A DNA stretch of 64,000 bases from an uncultured Rhodoplanes sp. (GCA_964653225.1 CAZZCV010000006.1:35805-99804), one strand, 5' to 3'. Positions 18,998 through 29,638 are shown, numbered from the stretch's first letter. Numbers and translations: made by a program. The notes: generated by a model not told the origin, from the letters alone.

Positions 18998-19729
18998 TCA
19001 AGCGCCGTAGGCCGCGATCCGCTGCTGCATCAGCGTCAGCGTGCGCTCGGCGTCCACGGCCATCGGCGACGGCGCCGCGATCACCATGCGCTCCAGCGCG
19101 ATCCGGTACGAGGCGGCGCGTTCGCCGAGCGAGGCCTGCACCCAGCGGATGATGCCCTCGTTCTCGCGCATCCGCGCGATCGTGTTGTCGCGCTCCTCGC
19201 GCGAGAGGTTCGTGACATAGGCCAGGCTCTGCTCGCGCCTGCGGTCCATGTCGGCGACGTGGCGCGCGACAGCGAAGAACGGATCGAGCCGCGTCACGTC
19301 GTTGCGGATGTCCTCCATCAGCCGCGAATAGCGGGCGGTCTGCGAGCGGTAGGAGGTGGTGAACAGCCGCGAGGCGTAGGTGCCGCGGTCCGGATAGGGC
19401 CATGCCCGGTTCCAGAAGCCGCGCTCCGCCATCACGCTGTACCAGCGGTTCCGGTCGTAGGGCGGCTCGATCAGCGGATAGGCCAGGTCGCGCAGCCGGC
19501 GCTCCTCGTCGGTGAGCTGATGCTGCCAGACGCTGCCCGTGACGCTGCCGGTGGCTGCAGGGCCGAGCCAGTCGTGGGTGCTGTCGGCGAAGGAATTGGC
19601 GTAGGAGCGCGGGCGTCCGAAGTCGCCATGGCTGCCGCAGCCCGCAAGCAGGACGCATGAAAGCACGGCGGCGGCGATCCCTCGCCCCGGCCGCCACGAA
19701 GGATTGCCGATGGACCGCCCCGCGCTCAC
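18998..19729 (-). CDS. Conserved hypothetical lipoprotein
   Basis: Lipobox VLLAG-C followed by GDFGRP; LTDEERRLRDLAYPLIEPP; start overlaps stop of upstream small ORF. Confidence 0.75.
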   Translation of the reverse strand: MSAGRSIGNPSWRPGRGIAAAVLSCVLLAGCGSHGDFGRPRSYANSFADSTHDWLGPAATGSVTGSVWQHQLTDEERRLRDLAYPLIEPPYDRNRWYSVMAERGFWNRAWPYPDRGTYASRLFTTSYRSQTARYSRLMEDIRNDVTRLDPFFAVARHVADMDRRREQSLAYVTNLSREERDNTIARMRENEGIIRWVQASLGERAASYRIALERMVIAAPSPMAVDAERTLTLMQQRIAAYGA

Positions 19730-19929
19730 GAACGGGTTGCGCGGCGGCGCTTGCGGCGGCCGGAGGAGGCCGCGGAACCGCTCCCCCGTCCGTCGAGCGG
19801 CTTGTCGGGCTCACGCTCGATCCGCACCACCGGAAGGATGATCACGGGGGCCGGCCCGGCGCCGGCACCGACATGACGTCCGCCGCTCGCGGGGCGCCGC
19901 CCTTCGGGAAATCTGACGATGGTTCCCAT
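19726..19929 (-). CDS. Small hypothetical protein
   Basis: MGTIVRFP...VIILPVVRIER...RRKRR; RBS-like GAGG upstream; ATGA overlap with downstream lipoprotein gene. Confidence 0.65.
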   Translation of the reverse strand: MGTIVRFPEGRRPASGGRHVGAGAGPAPVIILPVVRIEREPDKPLDGRGSGSAASSGRRKRRRATRS

Positions 19930-20008
19930 GCCTCTTTCTCCTCCTGCGCCGGGAGGCTTCCTGCCCGGGCACCGGATCGGTCTTCGCGTCGATTAAGCGG
20001 CGCGCATG

Positions 20009-20024
20009 GTTAACGCTCTGTTAA
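20009..20024. promoter_or_regulatory. CtrA box (TTAA-N7-TTAAC)
   Basis: G-TTAA-CGCTCTG-TTAA; minus strand reads TTAA-CAGAGCG-TTAAC; lies in the divergent intergenic region. Confidence 0.8.
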
Positions 20025-20057
20025 AGCCCCCGCGCATAGTTTGAAGGTGTTGCATGC

Positions 20058-21056
20058 GTGACCCGGCTTGCGCCGGAAGGAGCAGCCGTGGAGCATCCGC
20101 CCGCAAAGGAACACGTCCCCGACGCCGGGCGGGAAGCCGGCGTCGACATCCGCCCCGCCCTGCTGCGCGCCACCACGGACCTCTATGTCGCCAAGCAGCG
20201 CCACTCCGCGAACGAGGAAGCGCAGTTCACCGAGCTGGCGCTGCGCCTGATCGATCTCGTGGACGAGAACACCCGCGCCATCGTGGCCGCCAAGCTCGAA
20301 GCCTATCCCGGCGCGCCGAAGGCCGTTCTGGCGCGGCTCGCGGGCGAGAGCGCCGCGCCGCCGCTCCCCGAACCGGAGCCTCGCGCCGCGACCGTAGACT
20401 CCCAGCCCGTGACCGCGGAAACTGCCTTCGCCGGCCGCCGGATCGCGGCGCGCGAATTGGAGGCGCTGTTCTTCTCCGGCGACGCAGCGGAGCGCCGACT
20501 GATCCTGCTCGCGCTGGATCATTCCCCGATCGCGCCGGCCGCAGCGCTCGCGCCCCAGGCCGCCGCCGACGCGGTGCGCGCGCTGGAGCGCGCGGCGCTC
20601 GCGCACAACAAGGAGGCCTTCGCCGCGGAGCTGGAGCGCACGCTCACTCTTTCGCGCGCCCAGGCGCTGCGGATCGCGGCCGATGAATCCGGCGAGCCGA
20701 TCCTGATCCTGGCCGCGGCTCTCGACATGCCGGAGGATGTGCTGCAGCGCATCCTGCTCTGCCTCGATCCGGCCATCGGGCAATCGGTGCAGCGGGTCTA
20801 CGAGCTGGCCTCGCTGCACGAGGAGATCGACCCGCAATCCGCGCAGCGCATGATCGCGATCTGGCAGGCCGCAGGCCGTGATGCGGACCAGGATTTGGGC
20901 GACACGCGCCCGGCCGCCACCGCGCCGAAGCCGGCTCCCGCGACCATGCCGCGTGCGAGCGCCGCGCGGCGGGCGGCGGCGGAGCGTCCCCCGCCGATGG
21001 ACCGTCCGCGCATCCAGTGGGACGAGCACGCCCGACACAAGGCGGACGGCGCCTGA
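20058..21056 (+). CDS. DUF2336 domain protein
   Basis: GVDIRPALLRATTDLYV...QFTELALRLIDLVDENTRAIVAAKL, DESGEPILILAAALDMP. Confidence 0.75.
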   Translation: MTRLAPEGAAVEHPPAKEHVPDAGREAGVDIRPALLRATTDLYVAKQRHSANEEAQFTELALRLIDLVDENTRAIVAAKLEAYPGAPKAVLARLAGESAAPPLPEPEPRAATVDSQPVTAETAFAGRRIAARELEALFFSGDAAERRLILLALDHSPIAPAAALAPQAAADAVRALERAALAHNKEAFAAELERTLTLSRAQALRIAADESGEPILILAAALDMPEDVLQRILLCLDPAIGQSVQRVYELASLHEEIDPQSAQRMIAIWQAAGRDADQDLGDTRPAATAPKPAPATMPRASAARRAAAERPPPMDRPRIQWDEHARHKADGA

Positions 21057-21063
21057 GCCGGCG

Positions 21064-21411
21064 TCAGGCCACCACCACGTCCAGGAAATTGCGGCCGGCA
21101 CGGTCCTCGACCTCGACGATCCAGATATCCGGATCGTATTTGATCTGGCGCGCGAGATAGGCCTCGGCGTCGGCCTCGGACGCCGGCTGCTGCTTGAGCG
21201 CCAAGGCAAAAGCGCGGTCCGCCGGGCGGGCCTCGTCGAACGCGCTCTGCGGCGCGGGGCCGAACACATCCGCCGTGCCGTCGAGGCGCGCGATCTTGAT
21301 GAACACCGCGCCCGCCTCGTCCGCGCCGCGGCGCCGCACCGCGGCGAAGGCTCCCTCCACCTGGACGCGGCGCAGATAGGCCGCGACCCATATGCCGGAT
21401 TTCAGACGCAT
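21064..21411 (-). CDS. DUF1491 family protein
   Basis: MRLKSGIWVAAYLRR...RRGADEAGAVFIK...DPDIWIVEVEDRAG. Confidence 0.88.
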   Translation of the reverse strand: MRLKSGIWVAAYLRRVQVEGAFAAVRRRGADEAGAVFIKIARLDGTADVFGPAPQSAFDEARPADRAFALALKQQPASEADAEAYLARQIKYDPDIWIVEVEDRAGRNFLDVVVA

Positions 21412-21465
21412 GCCCCTGCATGCCCCGCTTCCGCAGCGGCTGACAAGACCAAAGATCGGTGGCTG

Positions 21466-22195
21466 TCAGTCGATCGGGCGGCCGGTCATGGCGGTCAGCT
21501 CCCGCGTCAGCCGCTCGGTGATCCGGCCGGTGACGGGCAGCTTGCGTTCGGTCTCGAAGCGGCGGATCGCAGCCTGCGTCTCCGGGCCCTCGACGCCGCT
21601 GGCCTTGATCTGGCCGTAACCGAAATCGGTCAGCGCGCGCTGCACGGCGATGATGCGCCGGCTCGGCGCGAGCAACTCGGCGATCGGGTCGGGGCGCTGC
21701 GCCGCCGGCTGCGGCCTGGCCTTGATCTGCGAGCGGCTGAGCGTGGCCAGCAGCACATCGTTGGGCTCAGCGGAGGGCCGCAGGCCCGCGGCGTCCTCGA
21801 AGTCGCGGATCGCGGAATCGGTCGCGGGCCCGTACAGGCCGTCGATGCCGCCGTCGTAGAAGCCGCGCCGGGCCAGTTCGCGCTGGATCTGCGCGATCGT
21901 CTCCGAGCGGGGACGGGCCGCGACCTGCGCCGGCTCTACGGGCTTGTTGCGCGGCAGCAGCAGGCTTTCCGCCGGAACGGGAACGGCATGGGCGGGCGGC
22001 CTGTTGGCGAAGATCGGCGCGGGGTGCGGGCCGGTCTGCATGAACAGCGCGTTGATCATGATCGTCAGCGTGGCCGCGGCCGCCACGGCCGCGGCGAACG
22101 CATCCTTCGGCCGCTCCCGAATCCACGCCCGCCATGCCGGCACCGAGCGATCCGCGTCGTCGTCCAGCCGTCCCGCCCCTGCCCTTGCCGTCCGC

Positions 22196-22203
<8 letters not shown>
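21466..22203 (-). CDS. Membrane-anchored peptidoglycan-binding domain protein
   Basis: TM plus NALFMQTGPHPAP; two PG_binding_1 repeats (IQRELARRGFYDGGIDGLYGPAT..AI..FE; VQRALTDFGYG...GPETQAAIRRFE); overlaps divJ stop. Confidence 0.85.
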
Positions 22204-24064
<1,861 letters not shown>

Positions 24065-24118
24065 GTCCTGTTGAGCGGACGCGCTCCCTTGTTGTTCGCG
24101 GACCTTTCCACAGGGCGC

Positions 24119-24133
24119 TTAAGCGAACGCTAA
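24119..24133. promoter_or_regulatory. CtrA box with one mismatch upstream of divJ
   Basis: TTAA-GCGAACG-CTAA, 55 bp upstream of the divJ start. Confidence 0.6.
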
Positions 24134-24417
24134 GGACGCAGGCCGTGCGGCGAAGGGCGCGGGCGGTCATGGTGAACGGCGGGTTTCCGCCGCCCCGCAG
24201 GGGCCCGCACGGCCTGCGCGAAAGTCCGGTTTTGCGAGCAAATCCACGGTGTTGCCGCGTCAATCAATTCGTAATCAAACGATTCAAATTTTACGAAAAT
24301 TCGCGACGCATTCGCTTTGAAACTGCGCAAAAACGCGAACCGGGCCTTCAAGCCTCTCTGTTAGCGTGTGGGGTGCGGCGAACGACAACGGCCGCGGACG
24401 GCACAGGGTTTGGGGTC

Positions 24418-24906
24418 ATGTTCTTTCTCTTGCGTGCGGCGTTCTGGCTGACGCTCGCGCTGGTGCTGCTGCCCACGGGACAGGCGCAGCAGACCGCGCA
24501 GGGTCCGAAGGTGGATCCGGTGGACGCCATCGTGGCGGCGGGCACCGCGGTGGCCGACATGTCGAGCTTCTGCGACCGGCAGGCCGAGGCCTGCGTGATC
24601 GGCGCGCAGACCGCGGCGGTGATCGGCCAGCGCGCGCAGGCCGGCGCGAAGATGGTCTACGAGTTCATCAACGAGCGCGTGGCAACCGGCGAGACCGGCT
24701 CGCTGCCGGACACGCGGACCGCCGGCGCCACGCACGCCGAGGGCCGGCTGGTGCCGGTGGTGCTGCCGGTCCCGGTGCCGCGTCCCGGACGGGCCGCGGC
24801 CGCCGGCCAGTCCACGCTCAGCCCGGCCGATCTCCAGCCGGCGTGGCGCAACCCGGAGCCGGGCCGCGAGGCGGGGCCGCGGCGCGACAACCGGCGCCCG
24901 GCCTGA
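24418..24906 (+). CDS. DUF5330 domain protein
   Basis: MFFLLRAAFWLTLALVLLP...DMSSFCDRQAEAC...STLSPADLQPAWR. Confidence 0.85.
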   Translation: MFFLLRAAFWLTLALVLLPTGQAQQTAQGPKVDPVDAIVAAGTAVADMSSFCDRQAEACVIGAQTAAVIGQRAQAGAKMVYEFINERVATGETGSLPDTRTAGATHAEGRLVPVVLPVPVPRPGRAAAAGQSTLSPADLQPAWRNPEPGREAGPRRDNRRPA

Positions 24907-24995
24907 TCCCTCGCGATCCGAGGCCGGTTTTCCTTCGACGCCACGCGCCTGCACTCCTATATAACCGGCAACAGGAGCCCTGTGCCGGAACCGCC

Positions 24996-25421
24996 ATGCC
25001 GATCGACGAGATCATCGACAACTTCGCGCTGCTCGACGAGTGGGACGACCGCTACCGCTATCTGATCGAGCTGGGACGCGAGTTGCCGGTCATGCCCGAG
25101 GACGCGCGCACCGCCGCCAACAAGGTGCAGGGCTGCGCCAGCCAGGTCTGGCTTTCCACCGAGATCGCGCCGGACGGCGCGGACGGCCCGGTGCTGACGT
25201 TCCGCGGCGACAGCGACGCCCATATCGTGCGCGGCCTGGTCGCGGTTCTGCTCGCGCTCTACTCCGGCAAGGCCGCGAGCGAAATCCTGTCGCTCGACGC
25301 GGTCGCCCTTTTCGAAAGGCTCGGCCTGCGCGAGCACCTGACGCCGCAGCGCTCCAACGGCTTCCGCTCGATGGTGGAGCGCATCCGCCGCGACGCGGAG
25401 GGTGCGCTCGCCGCCGCCTAA
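24996..25421 (+). CDS. sufE: SufE family Fe-S cluster sulfur acceptor
   Basis: WDDRYRYLIELG, KVQGCASQVW, GDSDAHIVRGL, LTPQRSNG. Confidence 0.93.
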   Translation: MPIDEIIDNFALLDEWDDRYRYLIELGRELPVMPEDARTAANKVQGCASQVWLSTEIAPDGADGPVLTFRGDSDAHIVRGLVAVLLALYSGKAASEILSLDAVALFERLGLREHLTPQRSNGFRSMVERIRRDAEGALAAA

Positions 25422-26041
25422 TCGCGCGGCGGCCATTCGAGCGCGAAACCCGCGTCGTCCGCGAGCCAGGTGCGCACCGCCGTGCGCGGCCGGCCCCGCG
25501 CCTCCGACGCCAGCCCGTAGTGTCGCGCCAGCCGGTCGAGCCCCAGTTGCAGCACCACCTTGGCGGAGCGCGAAGGCCAGCCGCGCTCGCGCTCGACGTC
25601 CTGCAGCGTCTTGAGGAAGCAGCACACATCGAGCAGCAGTCCGGAAAACTCCGGACCCGCTGCATCGAGCGCATGGCGCACGCGCTGGCGCGCGGCGGTG
25701 GCGGCCTCGCTGAAGGTCATGGGCGCGGCGCCCCGCGGCCCGTCGGCCACCGAGACGCCCCAGTTCGAGGTCATGCGCGGCGTCATCTGCGCGCGCGTGA
25801 AATCGGCGCGCAGCCGCTCCCCCGCGAGCAGTTGCAGCGGCTCGATCAGCATGCGGCCGTCGCGGCCCTTGCGGCGCGCGAGCCAGGCGAGCGGGCTCTC
25901 GCCCTCGTTGACCAGGGCGACGGCCTCGCCGTCGGGCCCGTCGATCCGCCGCCGCGACAGGGCGAGATGGCGCGCGCGCTGCGGATCGAGCGCGGGCTCC
26001 GCGGCCGCGCGGGCGGCGGATTTCGCCGTGCGCGCGTTCAC
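25418..26041 (-). CDS. DUF6456 domain protein (GafZ / GafA C-terminal-like)
   Basis: VNEGESPLAWLARRKGRDG...AGERLRADF..AQM.PR.T..W...LLDVCCFLKTLQDVERERGWPSRSAKVVLQLGLDRLARHYG; GTG start overlaps upstream stop. Confidence 0.8.
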   Translation of the reverse strand: MNARTAKSAARAAAEPALDPQRARHLALSRRRIDGPDGEAVALVNEGESPLAWLARRKGRDGRMLIEPLQLLAGERLRADFTRAQMTPRMTSNWGVSVADGPRGAAPMTFSEAATAARQRVRHALDAAGPEFSGLLLDVCCFLKTLQDVERERGWPSRSAKVVLQLGLDRLARHYGLASEARGRPRTAVRTWLADDAGFALEWPPRD

Positions 26042-26448
26042 GGCCGCACCTCGGCCGAAAGCCGCCGCCGCAGGTCCGCGCAGGCGCTTTCGAGCGAGCC
26101 CAGCACGGCATCCACCGCCGGCTCGTCGCGCCGCTCCTCCACCAGACGGCAGGCGTGCGCCACCGTGGTCCGGTCGCGGCCGAAACCGCGGCCGACCTCG
26201 GTGTAGCTCAGGCTGAACGCGACATGGGCGAGATACATCGCGCCCTGGCGTGCGAAGGCCGCGCGGGCGTTGCGCCGGGTCGGCGCATTCAGTTCGTGCA
26301 GCGGGACCGAGAAGGCGGCGGCCGCGGCCAGGGCCGAAAGCTCGCAGAGCCCGCGCGCGGTCCGGGCGCTCGGCGGAAGGCCGGGCCCCGGCCACAGCGG
26401 CCGAACCGGGAGGGAGGCGAAACCGGGGACGTCGGAGGGGGTGGGCAT
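26038..26448 (-). CDS. Stand-alone DnaA C-terminal-like HTH protein (GafY / GafA N-terminal-like)
   Basis: AFARQGAMYLAHVAFSLSYTEVGRGFGRDRTTVAHACRLVEERRD resembles Bac_DnaA_C; no AAA+ domain; RBS GAGAGG. Confidence 0.8.
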   Translation of the reverse strand: MPTPSDVPGFASLPVRPLWPGPGLPPSARTARGLCELSALAAAAAFSVPLHELNAPTRRNARAAFARQGAMYLAHVAFSLSYTEVGRGFGRDRTTVAHACRLVEERRDEPAVDAVLGSLESACADLRRRLSAEVRP

Positions 26449-26623
26449 GGCATCCTCTCTCTAGGACTTTTCGCCTAGATAATCACGGACACCGGGATCG
26501 CGGGGATAACTTTGCAAAATTCGATCAAGTACCTATTGTACAAATAAAATCCGGAACGGTTTGAGGGCCGACAAAGTGCCGGCGGATCGACAATAGGAAT
26601 AATTTCTAATAAACGGACCCAAG

Positions 26624-26656
26624 AAAACCGCCGCCGGCGGGGGCCGGCGGCGGCTT
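26624..26656 (-). terminator. Intrinsic terminator downstream of mucR
   Basis: AAAA-CCGCCGCCGGC-GGGG-GCCGGCGGCGG; T tail on minus strand. Confidence 0.7.
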
Positions 26657-26672
26657 TGTCCGCGTGGCTCTC

Positions 26673-27092
26673 TTATCGTCCGCGCCGACGCCGCTGCTGG
26701 CCCAGGCCCATTTCCTTGGCCAGTTTGGACCGCGCCTCCGCATATTTCGGAGCCACCATCGGATAATCCAGCGGCAGGCTCCATTTCTCGCGGTACTGCT
26801 CGGGCGTCATGTTGTACTGCGTGCGCAGGTGGCGCTTGAGCGACTTGAACTTCTTGCCGTCCTCCAGGCAGACGAGATGCTCGGGCGTGATCGACTTCTT
26901 CACCGCCACGGCCGGCTTGAGCGGTTCGGCCGGCACGTCCCGCTGACCCGACGACACCCGCAGCAGCGCCGCATGCACCTGGTTGATGAGCGCCGGGATA
27001 TCGCCCGCCGCCACCGCATTGTTGCTGACATAGGCCGAGACGATGTTAGCCGTCAGCCCGATAAATCCGCCATTCCCCGCATTGTCGCTCAT
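26673..27092 (-). CDS. mucR: MucR/Ros family transcriptional regulator
   Basis: [71 protein letters not shown]. Confidence 0.96.
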   Translation of the reverse strand: MSDNAGNGGFIGLTANIVSAYVSNNAVAAGDIPALINQVHAALLRVSSGQRDVPAEPLKPAVAVKKSITPEHLVCLEDGKKFKSLKRHLRTQYNMTPEQYREKWSLPLDYPMVAPKYAEARSKLAKEMGLGQQRRRRGR

Positions 27093-27451
27093 AGACCCCG
27101 CCTTGGACCCCGCCATTTCCCATTCCGACGGACGCCCATCCGCCGGCGCACCCACGTTCGCACGATTCGGCAGCGGCACGGCCGGCGGCGAATCGAAGCG
27201 CGCTCCTTCCCCGAAGCCGCCGCGATCGAATCGGGACTGTAATCCTTTTAGTTTATATTATCGGCGACTGCAGCCTGCAAGAACAGGCTGTCGATTCCGC
27301 AATAGAATCAGAACGAAATCGGGAGATTCCCCAGCGCCTTCAAGCATCCGTCAAGAATTCGCTTGGGCCGCAGCCCGGCTCCTCCGGCCGCACAACGGAG
27401 AACGCCGGCCACGCGAACGCGGCCGGCGCCTGTCTCTCAGCCGCGAGCTGG

Positions 27452-28645
27452 CTAGCCGTTCTTTTCAAGATGCGCGCGCAGCGCATCGACGGAGCCGAAA
27501 CGGACCTTGCCCTCCGGCAACTCCGCCTCGATGGAGCCGTCGGCGTAGAGCGTATAGGCCATGCTGTCGATCACGCCGGACTTGAGGATCGCGACCGGCC
27601 GCTCCGAAGCAGGACCAGGCACCGGCTCCGGGGCCGGCTTTGCAGCGGGCTCACGCTCGCGACGGACCGCGGCGCGGGCGACCGGCGCGGCCGCCGGAGC
27701 ATTCCCCTCTCTGGGTTCGGCGCGGACGGCCTCCGCCGGCCTGACCTCCGGCTGCGCGGACTCGGCGGGCTCCGCTTCCGCGAAGCGGGCGGCCGCGGGC
27801 TTCGCTTTCCCTGCCTTGGACACTTCGGGAGTCCGGCTCGGACGGACATCCGGCCACATCACGTCGAACAGCCGGGTCTCCCGGGGGGCCGTTGGAGCGA
27901 CCCGCGCCACCTGATCGGGACGCTGGCCGCCGGAGCGGGACTCCAGACGGGGCTCCAACCGCGATTGGAATTTGGGCTCGAGCTTCGGCTCTAATTTGGG
28001 CTCGGGCCTGACGTCATGGCTCTCGTCCACGCGCGGCGCCCAGGCCCGCGGCTCCTGCACGGGCTCGGCCATCGTGGCCAGCGGCGACACTGCGGGTCGC
28101 GGCGACAGCGGCGCCTCGTCGGCCAGTTCCACCACCGGCGGCTCGGCCGAAGCCCCCTTGGCCCGCGGGCGCAGCCAGTCGAGCGGGCCGCGCGCAGGCG
28201 GCTCGTCCGGCGCTGCGGCCTGGAAGCGCGGCTCCAGCGGGGCCGGCTGCTCGAACGGACGCGGCATGCCGGTCTCCGGCGGGCGCGGCGCAGCCGCGCG
28301 GGTGGGCACCGGCGACGGCGCAAGGGGCGCGGGAGGTGGCGCAGGCGGCTGCGGCATCCGGGCAGCCGGAGGCGGCGGCACCAGCGCGGCCTCGACGGCG
28401 GCCTCGGCCTGCTTGGCGATCCGCTGCGGCAGCGGCCGGCCGGCCTGGAGCGACTCCGCGATCCGGCCGAGTTGCCGCACGGCGGCGGCCAGTCCGATCA
28501 GGATCAGGCCGCCGGTCACGGAGACGGCGCCCGCGATGATCAGCGTGTTGCCGAGGCTGAAGGCGTTGATGGGGATGCCGAACCCGACGGTGACGAGGCC
28601 ACCTGCGGCCAGCAGGATTCCGATCACTAAGAGACTGACATACAT
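27452..28645 (-). CDS. Hypothetical membrane protein: 2 N-terminal TMs, Pro-rich linker, small C-terminal domain
   Basis: Two hydrophobic helices, long P/A/E/R low-complexity region, C-terminal ILKSGVIDSMAYTLYADGSIEAELPEG. Confidence 0.75.
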   Translation of the reverse strand: MYVSLLVIGILLAAGGLVTVGFGIPINAFSLGNTLIIAGAVSVTGGLILIGLAAAVRQLGRIAESLQAGRPLPQRIAKQAEAAVEAALVPPPPAARMPQPPAPPPAPLAPSPVPTRAAAPRPPETGMPRPFEQPAPLEPRFQAAAPDEPPARGPLDWLRPRAKGASAEPPVVELADEAPLSPRPAVSPLATMAEPVQEPRAWAPRVDESHDVRPEPKLEPKLEPKFQSRLEPRLESRSGGQRPDQVARVAPTAPRETRLFDVMWPDVRPSRTPEVSKAGKAKPAAARFAEAEPAESAQPEVRPAEAVRAEPREGNAPAAAPVARAAVRREREPAAKPAPEPVPGPASERPVAILKSGVIDSMAYTLYADGSIEAELPEGKVRFGSVDALRAHLEKNG

Positions 28646-28969
28646 ACGCTTTATGTCCTCAACTCGCGCCACGGGGCGGCGATGGCCGGCTGCCGCGGAC
28701 GCTTTGCCCCAAGCCTAGCAAGGTCTCGCAAACCATAATACCGGCCGGTCTACGATTGTTTAACGCTGTAGGGCGCGCCGGTTTCCGCCGGTTCTTGCGG
28801 TCGGCCGGATTCTGCGGCCCGGCCGGCATGGCGGGTCCGATGCCGCAGTCCTGCGGCCGCCGTTGCCCTCCCGACCGCCAGGGCCTAATTAGGGAACCCA
28901 TCCGTCGCGCATCCGTTGCCTCAACGGATTCGATTTCAGTTGATCGCCTGATTTCCAAGGAGGAGCCCG

Positions 28970-29572
28970 ATGTCGTTCTCGTTGCCGGACCTGCCCTATT
29001 CGCACGATGCCCTCGCCCCCTACATGTCGCGCGAGACGCTCGAGTACCACCACGACAAGCACCACCTCGCCTACGTCAACAACGGCAACAACCTGCTCAA
29101 GGGCTCCGAGTGGGAGGGCAAGTCGCTCGAGGAGATCGTGAAGGGCTCGCACGGCAAGAACGCCGGGCTCTTCAACAACGCGGGCCAGCACTACAACCAC
29201 CTGCACTTCTGGAAGTGGATGAAGCCGAACGGCGGCGGCGACAAGATTCCGGGTGCGCTCAAGGCCAAGATCGAGTCCGACCTCGGCGGCGTCGCCAAGG
29301 CGAAGGAGGACTTCATCCAGGCCGGCGTGACGCAGTTCGGCTCGGGCTGGGCATGGATCGCCGTCAAGGACGGCAAGCTCGTCATCGACAAGACCGCGAA
29401 CGGCGAGAGCCCGCTGGTCAAGGGCGCGACCCCGATCCTCGGCGTCGACGTCTGGGAGCACTCCTACTACATCGACTACCGCAACCGTCGCCCGGACTAC
29501 CTCAAGGCGTTCTGGGAGAACCTCGTGAACTGGGACTACGTCGACGAGATGTTCCAGAAGGCAAGCAAGTAA
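28970..29572 (+). CDS. sodB: Fe/Mn superoxide dismutase
   Basis: HHDKHH, NNAGQHYNH, QFGSGWAW, DVWEHSYY; RBS AGGAGG. Confidence 0.96.
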   Translation: MSFSLPDLPYSHDALAPYMSRETLEYHHDKHHLAYVNNGNNLLKGSEWEGKSLEEIVKGSHGKNAGLFNNAGQHYNHLHFWKWMKPNGGGDKIPGALKAKIESDLGGVAKAKEDFIQAGVTQFGSGWAWIAVKDGKLVIDKTANGESPLVKGATPILGVDVWEHSYYIDYRNRRPDYLKAFWENLVNWDYVDEMFQKASK

Positions 29573-29608
29573 GTCAGCAAGGCCGGCGCGATCGCAGGCA
29601 TGACACCG

Positions 29609-29638
29609 GCGGGGCCCTCGTGGCCCCGCTTTGCGTTT
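29609..29638 (+). terminator. Intrinsic terminator after sodB
   Basis: GCGGGGCC-CTCGT-GGCCCCGC-TTTGCGTTT. Confidence 0.7.

Noticed and set aside
26038-26448. Possible dnaA gene or pseudogene
   Set aside because: Only the C-terminal HTH-like part is present, with its own RBS and coupling to DUF6456. This fits an intact GafY-like gene, not a decayed dnaA.
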